Source: Ignavibacteriota bacterium
GTDB lineage: Bacteria > Bacteroidota > Ignavibacteria > Palsa-1295
Reading direction: 5' to 3'
Length of the DNA stretch: 64,000 nucleotides
Assembly: GCA_963787835.1 (NCBI GenBank)
Contig: CAWBEI010000005.1
Coordinates: 80,998 to 144,997 of the forward strand
The first letter of the stretch is position 1; every line of letters begins with the position of its first letter. Shown in pieces: positions 29,089-38,581 of this stretch. The translations under genes and the position numbers were made by a program. The notes under the pieces were generated by a model, which searched no databases, had not been told where the DNA came from, and saw only the letters and a list, made by a program, of their open reading frames with translations.

Positions 29089-29367
29089 ATGGCTCAAACC
29101 GTAAAAGTAACTATTCTGGGCGCCGAATACCCTCTCCGTTCCAATGACGAGGCGCTAACTCAGCAACTTGCGATGGATGTCGATGGGCAACTCCGTGAAC
29201 TGCAAACAAAGCTTCCATCCCAGTCCACGACGACACTTGCCGTTCTTGCTGCGCTGAACTTCGCAGAACAGGAAGCTCATACCAAAGAGAACGAGCGACG
29301 TGAACTTGACCGTATCGCGCTGGATCTGGAGACACTTTCCACGACGCTCGAACAGGCGATGGAATGA
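29089..29367 (+). CDS. zapA: Cell division protein ZapA
   Basis: VKVTILGAEYPLRSNDE...TTTLAVLAALNFAEQE pattern of the ZapA family; 92 aa. Confidence 0.7.
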   Translation: MAQTVKVTILGAEYPLRSNDEALTQQLAMDVDGQLRELQTKLPSQSTTTLAVLAALNFAEQEAHTKENERRELDRIALDLETLSTTLEQAME

Positions 29368-29369
29368 AT

Positions 29370-30206
29370 TTAGGGAATCTTGGAGCTGAGTGGCCCTAAG
29401 ACCCCTTGATACTTAACAAGCTTCGCCTCGATCTCGCCTATGAGAATTTTTGAGGACATTTTCACGGGCATGTGATTGTCATCGTCCGTCAGCCATATTT
29501 TAATCGAGCCTTCGCTCTTGAATAATCCACCCTCCACGACCATCGGCTCGATAACGGAACATTCGAATGTTCCGGCATCGGTCTCAACCTGTTGGTGGCC
29601 GAGCACACGTACATCTAACGGGTGAGTTTTTCCATCGAAGAAATTTTGCAGGTGAATGACATCGCCCTTCCGGGAGTGCGTCATGTCGAGAGTCCGAACA
29701 TAGTAGAACGCACTCACAATATCGTGAACGTATTGTGGAGTCTTAAACTCATGGCCATCGCTCGTTTCGGCGGTTTGCGCTTCCGGATCGAAGTTTGCGT
29801 CGTAATCCTTTGAATAACTTCCCTCACGGACGTGCTGCTCGAATCGCCAGGGAAAAATTCCGTCGGCATCCATAAACGTCTCATATCGATCCCGAACACG
29901 GAAGAACAGATCGAGCGCGGAACCGGAAGTGGCTTCTACACGTGTCTCTAACGTTTTTCTGCCATTGACATAACGAATGTCCGGAATGGACATCACAGCC
30001 TGTCCGCCGGTGACACCCTCCCAGTCAATATCGAAAGTGAGGCGCTCGCCAACTGTGAAGGCAGTATTCGACAAATGCCGAAATGTGAACGGCGCAACCT
30101 TCGCCGTGATCGCGGACTGGGCAATGCCCATACTATCGCCCCAGGGATGCCAAAAAAGGCTTGCGGCAACGACGAAAAGTGCTACGATTAATTTATGCCT
30201 CATCAA
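29370..30206 (-). CDS. Secreted DUF3108-like protein
   Basis: Signal peptide MMRHKLIVALFVVAASLFW; 278 aa; ends with ...EAKLVKYQG, a family common in the FCB group. Confidence 0.35.
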   Translation of the reverse strand: MMRHKLIVALFVVAASLFWHPWGDSMGIAQSAITAKVAPFTFRHLSNTAFTVGERLTFDIDWEGVTGGQAVMSIPDIRYVNGRKTLETRVEATSGSALDLFFRVRDRYETFMDADGIFPWRFEQHVREGSYSKDYDANFDPEAQTAETSDGHEFKTPQYVHDIVSAFYYVRTLDMTHSRKGDVIHLQNFFDGKTHPLDVRVLGHQQVETDAGTFECSVIEPMVVEGGLFKSEGSIKIWLTDDDNHMPVKMSSKILIGEIEAKLVKYQGVLGPLSSKIP

Positions 30207-30272
30207 TATTTATTAAAACGCCGCAAGTAAGACGTTTCAACAATGCAAATGTTGAATAAAAACGAACAAGAA

Positions 30273-31277
30273 TTACAATTCGGACGTGCTCTTATGGGAG
30301 AGCATCATTTCAACGCTATTTATTACGCTTTCTACGTCGATACGTTCCATGCAGGTACAATTCTGGCAACTGGGGCAGCCCGTGATCGGGAGTGGGGATA
30401 GGTTACTGACCTTAGTGCCACGGAAACCCCAGCGCGCCTTACTGAGTGGAAGCGGGAGCGGAAACAGCCCGATCGTTGGTGTACCGAGCGCTGCCGCCAG
30501 ATGGCCCGGACCTGTGCTTCCCGCGACCACGATGGTGGCCCGTTCAAGCAGTGTGGCTAATTCTAAAAGGGAATGTCCTACAAAAGGGATCGCGCGGCCA
30601 ACGCCGACCGAAGCAGTTGCAAGATTGACGATAGGTGCATCCTGAGCAACGCCGGTTAGCACAATGTTCATACCCTGCTTTTCAATTATGCTTTGGCCTA
30701 ATTTGATGAATTGCGAAACCGGCCAGGATCGCGTGGAGCCTCCGCTGGTAATATGGAGCACAGCGAATTTTGCACTGGCGGAGCCAAGGTTCTCGACCAT
30801 CCACTGATCAATAAATTCGATCTCAGCTTGTTGGAGCATAATGGATGGCAGTTCAGATTCATTAGCATTGATCCCAATGGATGCCAACATCCGCAAATTA
30901 TACTCTGCTTCGTTATGCTCGGCGGTCTTGCGATGCTCGTAGATCTTCTTTGTAAATAGAAAGGAATACCATCGGTAGCCAGTACCTATTCGCTTTGGCA
31001 CACGGGCCAAAAACCCCGCGAAAGCGAGCCGAAACCGAGGGCTTGGAAAAAATGCTGCATCAATTTTGCGAAATTGCGCGATCAAGTGCCACAGACTTGC
31101 CTTCTCGTCAACAACTCGAATTTCATCCACGTCCGGGCATCGCTCGATGATCGGACGAGTGTATTCGCGTGCAAGAAATGTGATGTGCGCATTCGGGATC
31201 GCTTTCTTGATGGCCCGCGCCATCGGCAATGTGAGCACAACATCTCCCAGGCGGTCGGTACGCGCGATGAGGATTTT
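30273..31277 (-). CDS. Glycosyltransferase family 9 (LPS heptosyltransferase-like)
   Basis: KILIARTDRLGDVVLTLPMARAIKKAIPNAHITFL N-terminus. No ATG/GTG/TTG precedes the conserved KILI region in frame (stop at 31293-31295), so the start is uncertain. Confidence 0.65.
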   Translation of the reverse strand, partial: KILIARTDRLGDVVLTLPMARAIKKAIPNAHITFLAREYTRPIIERCPDVDEIRVVDEKASLWHLIAQFRKIDAAFFPSPRFRLAFAGFLARVPKRIGTGYRWYSFLFTKKIYEHRKTAEHNEAEYNLRMLASIGINANESELPSIMLQQAEIEFIDQWMVENLGSASAKFAVLHITSGGSTRSWPVSQFIKLGQSIIEKQGMNIVLTGVAQDAPIVNLATASVGVGRAIPFVGHSLLELATLLERATIVVAGSTGPGHLAAALGTPTIGLFPLPLPLSKARWGFRGTKVSNLSPLPITGCPSCQNCTCMERIDVESVINSVEMMLSHKSTSEL

Positions 31278-31375
31278 GTTCTGAACCTGAATTTATGGGA
31301 TTCATGGGATTTTTGAGATATGACGAATCCATCCTGAAAAATCCTTGAAATCCCGTGAATCGTGGTTCTGGTTTG

Positions 31376-31447
<72 letters not shown>

Positions 31448-31520
31448 AGCGTTCGTGCCGATGCACGCGGCATGTAAAAGCCGGATTGGAGGGAAATGTT
31501 TCCGTAATCCTGATATATGC

Positions 31521-32147
31521 TTACCCCAAAAACTTATTCTGCTCTTTCTGAAGCTCTTTGATAAGATATTTCATTCGCGGGTCATGGGAGCCCTGGGCAA
31601 GAGGGAAGTAGTGCGTCTGCGTTTCCATGATGTACTTGATCGGATTCTTCTTCACGTTGAATTCAAGACAACGGTACGTATCGAGACGATCGGCAAGTTT
31701 TAGCATACGGGCGTCTTCGCTGGCGGCAAGCAGTTTCTCGATATACTCTTTTTCCACCCATTCCTTCATTGCGCCTTCTGCTTTGATGTCCTTCGTCAGC
31801 TTTTGGACGAGATAGCTGGTGTACGAGCCAAAATTTAATTCCAGAATTTCTGGCGTAAGCACATGGGAATCTTCGAGCGTATCGTGAAGCAGTGCAGCGC
31901 AGAGGATGTTGGCGTCGGTATGATTTAGCTCTATGAGCATGATCTTCGTCACGCGGCTGGGATGCCAGAAATATGGGGTGCCATCCGGGCGTTTTTGGAA
32001 CTCATGGACGCTTTCGGCCATGTCGTACGCATCGAGAACTTTATTCACCGCAACGGCATCGATCTCCCGCTCGCGCAACAGCGATTCCAGCTCCTTCCGG
32101 GAGAGATAGGTCTCGTTATATTTAGGATTCCCTTCCTCCAGACGCAT
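31521..32147 (-). CDS. HD-domain (p)ppGpp hydrolase-like protein (small alarmone hydrolase)
   Basis: HPSRVTKIML...CAALLHDTLEDS matches the RelA/SpoT HD motif; 208 aa. Confidence 0.6.
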   Translation of the reverse strand: MRLEEGNPKYNETYLSRKELESLLREREIDAVAVNKVLDAYDMAESVHEFQKRPDGTPYFWHPSRVTKIMLIELNHTDANILCAALLHDTLEDSHVLTPEILELNFGSYTSYLVQKLTKDIKAEGAMKEWVEKEYIEKLLAASEDARMLKLADRLDTYRCLEFNVKKNPIKYIMETQTHYFPLAQGSHDPRMKYLIKELQKEQNKFLG

Positions 32148-32180
32148 GGTCTATGCCTACATATTAATGCTTCGTTGAAT

Positions 32181-32262
32181 TGTCATTCCCGCGAAAGCGG
32201 GAATCCAGCTTTGGATTTCGTAGAAACTTGGGGTCTGGATTCCCGCTTTCGCGGGAATGACA
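32181..32262. repeat. Family B MITE-like repeat (TGTCATTCCCGCGAAAGCGGGAATCCAG...CTGGATTCCCGCTTTCGCGGGAATGACA), copy 1
   Basis: 82-bp element with 28-bp terminal inverted repeats, each arm itself a hairpin. Confidence 0.7.
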
Positions 32263-32316
32263 ATTCCTAAAAATCAGCGAAATCAGAAATAAATCAGCGT
32301 AATCCAGGTTCAGACT

Positions 32317-33417
32317 TTATACATTGAACCGGAAGTGCATAATGTCTCCATCGTCAACAATATATTCGCGACCTTCGCTTCGTAAAAGCCCGGCTTCGCG
32401 CATGGCGGCTTCGGATTTCAGCCTCAGAAAATCGCTGAATTTCATTACTTCGGCGCGGATAAATCCTTTTTCAAAATCGGTGTGAATGACGGCTGCGGCT
32501 TCCGGCGCTTTCGCCCCCTTGCGGACCGTCCAGGCGCGGATCTCTTTTGGGCCGACGGTGAAATATGTTTGGAGTCCGAGCAGATCATAAGCTGCGCGGA
32601 CGAGCGCATTCAATCCTGGTTCTTTCAGGCCAAGTTCACGCAGGAATTCCGCGCGTTCAGCTTCCGGCAGTTCCACAAGCTCCATTTCGATCTTCGCGCA
32701 GATCGGCACGACGAGCGCGCCTTCTTTTTCCGCGATCTCACGGATGGTATCGATCCATGCGTTGCCGTGGGTAACGCCATGCTCATCGGTGTTGGCAACA
32801 TAGAGCACAGGTTTGGCTGTCAGCAGGTGCATCTCGCGGAGCCATAGTTTCTCGTCATCGGAACTGAGCGGGAAGTACTTTGCAAGGCGTCCTTGCGCCA
32901 TGTGTTCGCGAAGACGGGTGTAAAAATCGGATTCTGCACGCGCTTTCGCATCGCCGGTCTTGCCTTTGCGCTGGGCGGCGTCCGCTTTTTTATCGAGCGT
33001 TTCGAGATCTTTCAGGATAAGCTCGGTTTCGATGACCTCAATATCGCGCTTTGGGTTGACGGAGCCATCGACATGGATCACATTGTCATCTTCGAACGCG
33101 CGGACGACATGCGCGATCGCATCGACATCCCGGATATGCGCCAGAAATTGATTGCCCAACCCCTCGCCCTGCGATGCGCCCTTGACGAGACCAGCAATAT
33201 CAACGAATTCTATCGTAGCCGGTACTTCGCGCTCGGTGTTTACCAGCGAGGTTAGCTGCTTCATGCGCGGATCCGGCACCGGAACGACGCCGGTATTCGG
33301 CTCGATCGTGCAAAAAGGATAATTCTCCGCCGCCGCCTGCGAGCTGGCTGTAATAGCATTGAACAGCGTCGATTTTCCGACGTTCGGCAAGCCAACAATT
33401 CCGCATTGTATTCCCAT
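32317..33417 (-). CDS. ychF: Ribosome-binding ATPase YchF
   Basis: MGIQCGIVGLPNVGKSTLFNAIT; 366 aa with TGS C-terminal region. Confidence 0.92.
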   Translation of the reverse strand: MGIQCGIVGLPNVGKSTLFNAITASSQAAAENYPFCTIEPNTGVVPVPDPRMKQLTSLVNTEREVPATIEFVDIAGLVKGASQGEGLGNQFLAHIRDVDAIAHVVRAFEDDNVIHVDGSVNPKRDIEVIETELILKDLETLDKKADAAQRKGKTGDAKARAESDFYTRLREHMAQGRLAKYFPLSSDDEKLWLREMHLLTAKPVLYVANTDEHGVTHGNAWIDTIREIAEKEGALVVPICAKIEMELVELPEAERAEFLRELGLKEPGLNALVRAAYDLLGLQTYFTVGPKEIRAWTVRKGAKAPEAAAVIHTDFEKGFIRAEVMKFSDFLRLKSEAAMREAGLLRSEGREYIVDDGDIMHFRFNV

Positions 33418-33502
33418 CGCAGCACACTACGCAAGCGGCTCACTCAAAGTGCCCGGAACCTGGATTTGGGGCGATTATTTAGATTTGGTGATAGAAGCAC
33501 AA

Positions 33503-33595
33503 TGTCATTCCCGCGAAAGCGGGAATCCAGTGTTTGCGTATCTCTTCTGCTTTCGTTTCTTCAAGTAATGGATTCCCGCGTTCGCGGGAATGACA
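33503..33595. repeat. Family B MITE-like repeat, copy 2
   Basis: Same termini as copy 1; central segment differs. Confidence 0.65.
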
Positions 33596-33614
33596 ATCAT
33601 ATCATCTCTTGGAT

Positions 33615-34013
33615 TCAGAGAAAAGGATTTATGATTCGAACGCCTTCGATGAGTTGGTTATGTTGGAAGTCTTCGGAGTATAGGGTGGTGCAAGTCGCTT
33701 CGATTGCCGAAGCAAGAATGAGGCTGTCGTAGTATGTATAATGATAACGTTCCGATAGAATGTGGGCGTGTTCTATGGTGGTGAGCGAGACAGTCAGAAC
33801 ATCGACCACGGTTACAACTTCGCGCACTATATCGTTGATTGTCGACCACGAAAATCGGAATTTCGTGAAAAGTACATTGGAGAGTTCAGAAAGCACTTGT
33901 GTGCTACAAATTCTTCCTATCCCTAAAAAAGCGTTGTTTGCTTTTCGGTATTTTTCTGGCTCGTCCGGTGCATAATTGTAAATAAGTATGTTGGTATCGA
34001 GGAAGTAGCTCAT
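33615..34013 (-). CDS. vapC: PIN-domain toxin VapC
   Basis: MSYFLDTNILIY..., conserved acidic residues; 132 aa. Confidence 0.7.
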   Translation of the reverse strand: MSYFLDTNILIYNYAPDEPEKYRKANNAFLGIGRICSTQVLSELSNVLFTKFRFSWSTINDIVREVVTVVDVLTVSLTTIEHAHILSERYHYTYYDSLILASAIEATCTTLYSEDFQHNQLIEGVRIINPFL

Positions 34014-34231
34014 CTGCGGCGATTTGCTTCCTCACGATCGAATTTCCATCCACGAGTGTCAATCCGAACCGCTTTGAAATGTGCCTGAACCTCCTCTATG
34101 GAAGAAAATCGCTTTTTGCCATTTTCTCCTATTTCATTCATCGTCACTTCAATGGTGTGCCCCCGAAGGTCTTCGGGTACTTCCAGCACGATGGAAGCAT
34201 CTGTAGTGGTAATAATTTGAGTATGTTGCAT
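34010..34231 (-). CDS. vapB: Antitoxin partner of VapC (VapB-like)
   Basis: 73 aa; 4-bp overlap with vapC; basic C-terminus. Confidence 0.5.
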   Translation of the reverse strand: MQHTQIITTTDASIVLEVPEDLRGHTIEVTMNEIGENGKKRFSSIEEVQAHFKAVRIDTRGWKFDREEANRRR

Positions 34232-34282
34232 ACGGGTAGATTCTCCTCTTTATACCAAAACCGCATGGCCGTCATTTCGTTC

Positions 34283-36364
34283 CTATTGCGTAACTACCAT
34301 CGGCACCTGCTGGACGCTGCCGTTCAGCCGCACAACGCATTCGTACATGCCATCTGGCAAGCCGGTAGGCTTGCTCCACTGGAAGCTGTGCTCGCCGGAA
34401 GTGAGTGTGCCCTCGAACACCCGCGCAATTTCTTCACCGAGAAGGTTCACAACCGTAACACGCGCCACGCCGCTCTCCGGTGAAGTAAAGCGAATGGTGG
34501 TGGATTGGGAGAGGGGATTGGGGAAAGTGGTAAGTGTACTTTCTTGTATAGGAGTTGATGAGACAGAATTAATTCCAAAGTCGGACAGGGGTCGTCGCCA
34601 GACCCCTGCCCCGGCAACACCAGCAAAAAGATATTGACCTCCTATTGCGAGTGAAGAAATTGACAGCCCATTATCAATCGGTGTCCAAAAGATCCCATCA
34701 GTGATGTAGGTGATCCCCCCAATCGACACAAAAAGGTTTTGCGCACTCGCCACTAATATTGTCGCCGATGTTTGTGAGTCAGTGCCAACTCTGCTCCATG
34801 ATAATCCATTATTGGTTGAACTAAACATTCCATTGTAATTTGTTCCAGCAAAAATTGTGGAATTTAGGATAGCAAGTGAATTAAAAAACGCTCTGGAAGG
34901 AATGCCGTTTGTGGCTAATGACCAGTGTGTTCCCATCTCAGACCCAACAAAAAGCCCCGATTCGGTCCCTGCAAAAATAGTTGTATCGTTCCAAAGTATT
35001 GCATTAGCATCGTCCCCGAAGCCCGGCATCTTAGTCCAAGCCGCAATTGAATCGGTCCAGTAAAAAAGCCCAAACTCAGTTCCGGCATATAGAATAGAAT
35101 CATGCACAGCAAAAGTATAAGCTCCATTATCATCACCTAAACCATATTCGGCTTCGCTCCATGAGACACCTGTATCAGTTGATCGGAGAGCTGGATACCC
35201 AGCTGCGAAAATGTTATTTTTATATAACCCGAAAGAGCCAATAGGTTCCGCGAAAGATGTGTCTGTGTTCCAAGTATTACCATTATCCATGGACCGAAAA
35301 ATAGAGCAGGCATATTCTTCAGGCTCTGATGCAAGAAGAGTGTTTCCAATCTCGATAAGGCTATTGATTCCCGAGCAAATTAATCCATGGCTTGTCCAAA
35401 CCCAATTAGTGTCGTTATTTCCTATGCGAAAAATACCAGCACCATACGTTCCAGCAAAAAGATACGGTCCGATAGAAGTGAGTGAAGTGACATCATTACC
35501 AATCCGTGGGTCAGATTTTACTGAGTTCCAATTCATACCTTCATCACTAGATTGATAAATCCCTACTCCTCCCAGACTTCCCGATGTGTAGATCATGGAT
35601 CCAAAGGAATATAATCTAGTGGCGCGAGGATCATTTGGCAGGCCATTGTTCGACGGTGTCCAAGTCAACCCACTGTCGGTTGACTTAAAAACACCTCCGC
35701 CATCGGTTCCTGCAAACGCACTTGTTCCGTTCATGACAACGGAAGTAATAATTTGTGCTCCGAGACCAACGGTGTCTGGGAACCAGAAGTGTCCCGAATC
35801 AGTAGATATATAGGCGCCAATTCCGCCATAAGTATTATCTGTTCCGGCAATAAAATTTTTTCCACACGATCCGAGATACACCACTGCTGCATTATTTAAT
35901 CCGCTATCAGAAGCAGCCCAGGAATCCCCGCTATTTGTCGAGTAATAAATTACACTACCGGGATTATCCTGAATAGTGCATGCGATGAAATTTGTCCCAT
36001 TTGCAGCCAGTAATCCGAATCCGACTTGAAAAATCCCTGTCGGTTTCTCTATCCATGATGAACCATTATCGGATGAAAGGTAAATGCTCCCGTATGGGAT
36101 TATAAGGTCCCCGTCGTTTACGACGATGGTGGAAAACCCGTGGGGCACATTAGTATGAAGGGACTTCCAAGACATTCCGCTATCCGTGGATAAATAAATG
36201 TCGTCCAGTCCAGCAAAAAGATTCTTTCCGTTGACTGCGAGCGCATTAACATACCCTCCCAAAGGCCCACTTGTCTGCACCCACTGCCCAAACGCCTGTG
36301 AATGCGCGCCTAAAATCAGAACCAGGACTACGAGAGATTTCTTCATAAGAGTAAAACGCGCCAA
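34283..36364 (-). CDS. BNR/Asp-box repeat protein with T9SS C-terminal sorting domain
   Basis: Signal peptide; at least ten SxDxGxxW repeats (STDSGMSW, SSDNGSSW, STNSGDSW, STDSGLTW...); C-terminal ...FTSPESGVARVTVVNLLGEEIARVFEG...VVRLNGSVQQVPMVVTQ. Confidence 0.75.
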   Translation of the reverse strand: MARFTLMKKSLVVLVLILGAHSQAFGQWVQTSGPLGGYVNALAVNGKNLFAGLDDIYLSTDSGMSWKSLHTNVPHGFSTIVVNDGDLIIPYGSIYLSSDNGSSWIEKPTGIFQVGFGLLAANGTNFIACTIQDNPGSVIYYSTNSGDSWAASDSGLNNAAVVYLGSCGKNFIAGTDNTYGGIGAYISTDSGHFWFPDTVGLGAQIITSVVMNGTSAFAGTDGGGVFKSTDSGLTWTPSNNGLPNDPRATRLYSFGSMIYTSGSLGGVGIYQSSDEGMNWNSVKSDPRIGNDVTSLTSIGPYLFAGTYGAGIFRIGNNDTNWVWTSHGLICSGINSLIEIGNTLLASEPEEYACSIFRSMDNGNTWNTDTSFAEPIGSFGLYKNNIFAAGYPALRSTDTGVSWSEAEYGLGDDNGAYTFAVHDSILYAGTEFGLFYWTDSIAAWTKMPGFGDDANAILWNDTTIFAGTESGLFVGSEMGTHWSLATNGIPSRAFFNSLAILNSTIFAGTNYNGMFSSTNNGLSWSRVGTDSQTSATILVASAQNLFVSIGGITYITDGIFWTPIDNGLSISSLAIGGQYLFAGVAGAGVWRRPLSDFGINSVSSTPIQESTLTTFPNPLSQSTTIRFTSPESGVARVTVVNLLGEEIARVFEGTLTSGEHSFQWSKPTGLPDGMYECVVRLNGSVQQVPMVVTQ

Positions 36365-36429
36365 CTCCTTCCGGTTACAAAAGAATTTTCAACCAAATGC
36401 GTTTCTATGAGGAAGCTGGGCGAAATAGC

Positions 36430-36762
36430 TTACATTGAGCTATTAACCGCTTCCACCGAGAGCTTTAACCCAAGCGAGCGCAGCACGGCTCCGACGCTAT
36501 CAATCTTAGGATTCCCTTTCGGTGAGAGTGTGCGGTAGAGATTTTCGCGGTTCAGGCCACTTTTTCTGGCGAGCAGGGAAAGTCCGCCATTGGCGCGGGC
36601 CACGCGTCCGAGTGCATTGAGGAAAATGCGAGGGTCTTCGTCTTCAAGCGAAACTTTGAGATAGGCCGCCGCTTCGCGAGGGTCTTTCAACGCTTCGATC
36701 AATTCCTCTTCATAGCTCACGCTGGAAGTGCGCGGCTTTGTCTTGTTTGTAGTCTTTGGCAT
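36430..36762 (-). CDS. Addiction-module antidote protein (HigA-like HTH)
   Basis: ...PRIFLNALGRVARANGGLSLLARKSGLNRENLYRTLSPKGNPKIDSVGAVLRSLGLKLSV: the probable-addiction-module-antidote family. Confidence 0.65.
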   Translation of the reverse strand: MPKTTNKTKPRTSSVSYEEELIEALKDPREAAAYLKVSLEDEDPRIFLNALGRVARANGGLSLLARKSGLNRENLYRTLSPKGNPKIDSVGAVLRSLGLKLSVEAVNSSM

Positions 36763-36830
36763 TGTAGCTTTTGAGCTACAACGAATGGCTTATTCAGAGC
36801 GTTCGATTCTCAAAAAAGCGGAAGGCTTAT

Positions 36831-36912
36831 TGTCATTCCCGCGAAAGCGCGAATCCAGCTCATAGAGTGTCGCAAAGTCGGGGTCTGGATTCCCGCTTTC
36901 GCGGGAATGACA
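36831..36912. repeat. Family B MITE-like repeat, copy 3
   Basis: Occupies the position where the cognate killer-protein gene would be expected upstream of the antidote gene. Confidence 0.65.
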
Positions 36913-36919
36913 TGCTAAT

Positions 36920-37378
36920 TTATTTATGTGACCCTCCCGACAGCGCCACGCTATAAAACTTGCCGCCGTCGGCGGTGGTGAGGGCGAGCTGCTCGGCGCC
37001 GGCATTCCAGGTTATGATGCGGTATTTGTTGTGGTAATCCTGATATGGTTTACCGAGGAGCTTGGTGATCTTTTCTATTGCGCGGTGGTAGGCTGCTCCG
37101 TTTTGCTCGACGCTACGCTGCTTGGCAATAAAGTTAACGCGCATAATATCCGGTCCGGTCGTGTTCACGCGGAACTGTCCGGTATCATTAAGATAGATCC
37201 CATTGAATGCGATAACGTTCGCAGCCTCTGTGCCACCCCATTGGAGGGTATCGAGCGGAGCGTGAGCATAGAGAAAGATCTCCGCCGTGCTCATGCCGGG
37301 GCGCAGGCCGTGCATATCGAGTGGTTTGGGGGATTGGGCGGAAGCTGTGAGAGAGATTAGTAGCATCCCTGTCATTGC
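36920..37378 (-). CDS. Secreted hypothetical protein
   Basis: MTGMLLISLTASAQSP...; the start ATG lies inside the terminal inverted repeat of family A copy 4. The longer ORF-track version is read through the repeat. Confidence 0.45.
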   Translation of the reverse strand, partial: AMTGMLLISLTASAQSPKPLDMHGLRPGMSTAEIFLYAHAPLDTLQWGGTEAANVIAFNGIYLNDTGQFRVNTTGPDIMRVNFIAKQRSVEQNGAAYHRAIEKITKLLGKPYQDYHNKYRIITWNAGAEQLALTTADGGKFYSVALSGGSHK

Positions 37379-37496
37379 GAGGAGAACATTCGGAGCAAAG
37401 CGGAGAATGTTTGACGAAGCAATCTCTTGCCTACCCCGAAGAGATTGCTTCGTAGAATAGAACTCCCTTCGGTCGTTCGATTCTACTCGCAATGAC
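37371..37496. repeat. Family A MITE-like repeat, copy 4
   Basis: Same termini as the other family A copies; overlaps the 5' end of the adjacent minus-strand gene. Confidence 0.7.
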
Positions 37497-37573
37497 ATGC
37501 TTAAAAAGTCGTTCGGAATGAAGTTCTTGAATTTAACAGTTCCTAATCCCATAAATCTCATTAATCGCATAAA

Positions 37574-38581
37574 TCACGGTTCAGATTTTGTACTTCTCGC
37601 GATCGCCTGAAAATATTGCACTTGCAGCTGCTGATTCGGCTCATCCATCGGTGCGAGCAGGAGCAGGATGGCTCGCGGTGTGAGATAGGCTGTAACATAA
37701 TCGAACGAGCTATCGACATTTTTAGAAATAAATTCAAATCCAGCTTTGATGATACTTCGTGTTGCTGTGTCTGCGACTTCAAAATCGCCAATTGCGCTTG
37801 TCGCCACGCCATGCTCGCCGAAGGCGATCTCCGCTTTTTGCTTAAAGTTATCCCATGTTGCTGCATCGACAGTTCCCACGCTGGCCGGCCGCATGGTTAA
37901 CGATAACTCCAGCTTGTCCGGGTCCTCCGGATCGCGGAAGACAAGGGCATACGTCATGTTGGAATCGAGTGTTTCCATGGCGCTCCAGCCAGGGTTTGTT
38001 TCAATGGAAAAGGGCAGCGCTTTGGGATGGAAAGGCCTGCGTAATTTAAGATCGCTGAGTTTTGTCGTCGGACGGTAGCTATAGGACAGTTTAGCGTTTT
38101 TGTAATCCTTTACATCCATCTCATATTCAAAAGGACGGGAATCCAATAGTTTTTTCCCATCTTTCGTCCATACATCGACGAACAGAAAATATCTGGTCTT
38201 GGGGAAGGTGAGCATGTAAAGTGGATCCGGAGATTTGTAACCCATTAATGAATCCTTCGTGACGAATGTTGGCAAGCGCACAGTATCCTGTGTGATACCA
38301 AGCAAACCCACTTCAGGAAAGCGAACGGTAATATGAACATTCGAGGTGTCCCACACTTTCAGGAATACCGTCGGATGTGGGAAGTTATTAGTGGAATCAC
38401 CTCCAGCGCTTCCCAGGCCGGCAAGACGGTAATACTTCGGAGAAGCATTTAGCTCAGAAGTATTTGCAATGGATCTTTTCTTTGAAGTTTGCGCATGCAC
38501 AACGGGAAATAAAAACAGGAAGGAAAAAAATGAAGTATGAAGAAAGAGTAGAATTATTCGCGCTCTCATTTCATACTTCAT
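37574..38581 (-). CDS. Secreted hypothetical protein
   Basis: Signal peptide MKYEMRARIILLFLHTSFFSFLFLFPVVHAQ; 335 aa; no recognisable family. Confidence 0.55.
   Translation of the reverse strand: MKYEMRARIILLFLHTSFFSFLFLFPVVHAQTSKKRSIANTSELNASPKYYRLAGLGSAGGDSTNNFPHPTVFLKVWDTSNVHITVRFPEVGLLGITQDTVRLPTFVTKDSLMGYKSPDPLYMLTFPKTRYFLFVDVWTKDGKKLLDSRPFEYEMDVKDYKNAKLSYSYRPTTKLSDLKLRRPFHPKALPFSIETNPGWSAMETLDSNMTYALVFRDPEDPDKLELSLTMRPASVGTVDAATWDNFKQKAEIAFGEHGVATSAIGDFEVADTATRSIIKAGFEFISKNVDSSFDYVTAYLTPRAILLLLAPMDEPNQQLQVQYFQAIARSTKSEP

Noticed and set aside
31962-32270. ORFs containing HSRESGNP...DSRFRGNDN peptides (also 33359..33568, 36771..36956, 36790..37005)
   Set aside because: These peptides are translations of the family B repeat termini; they are not genes.
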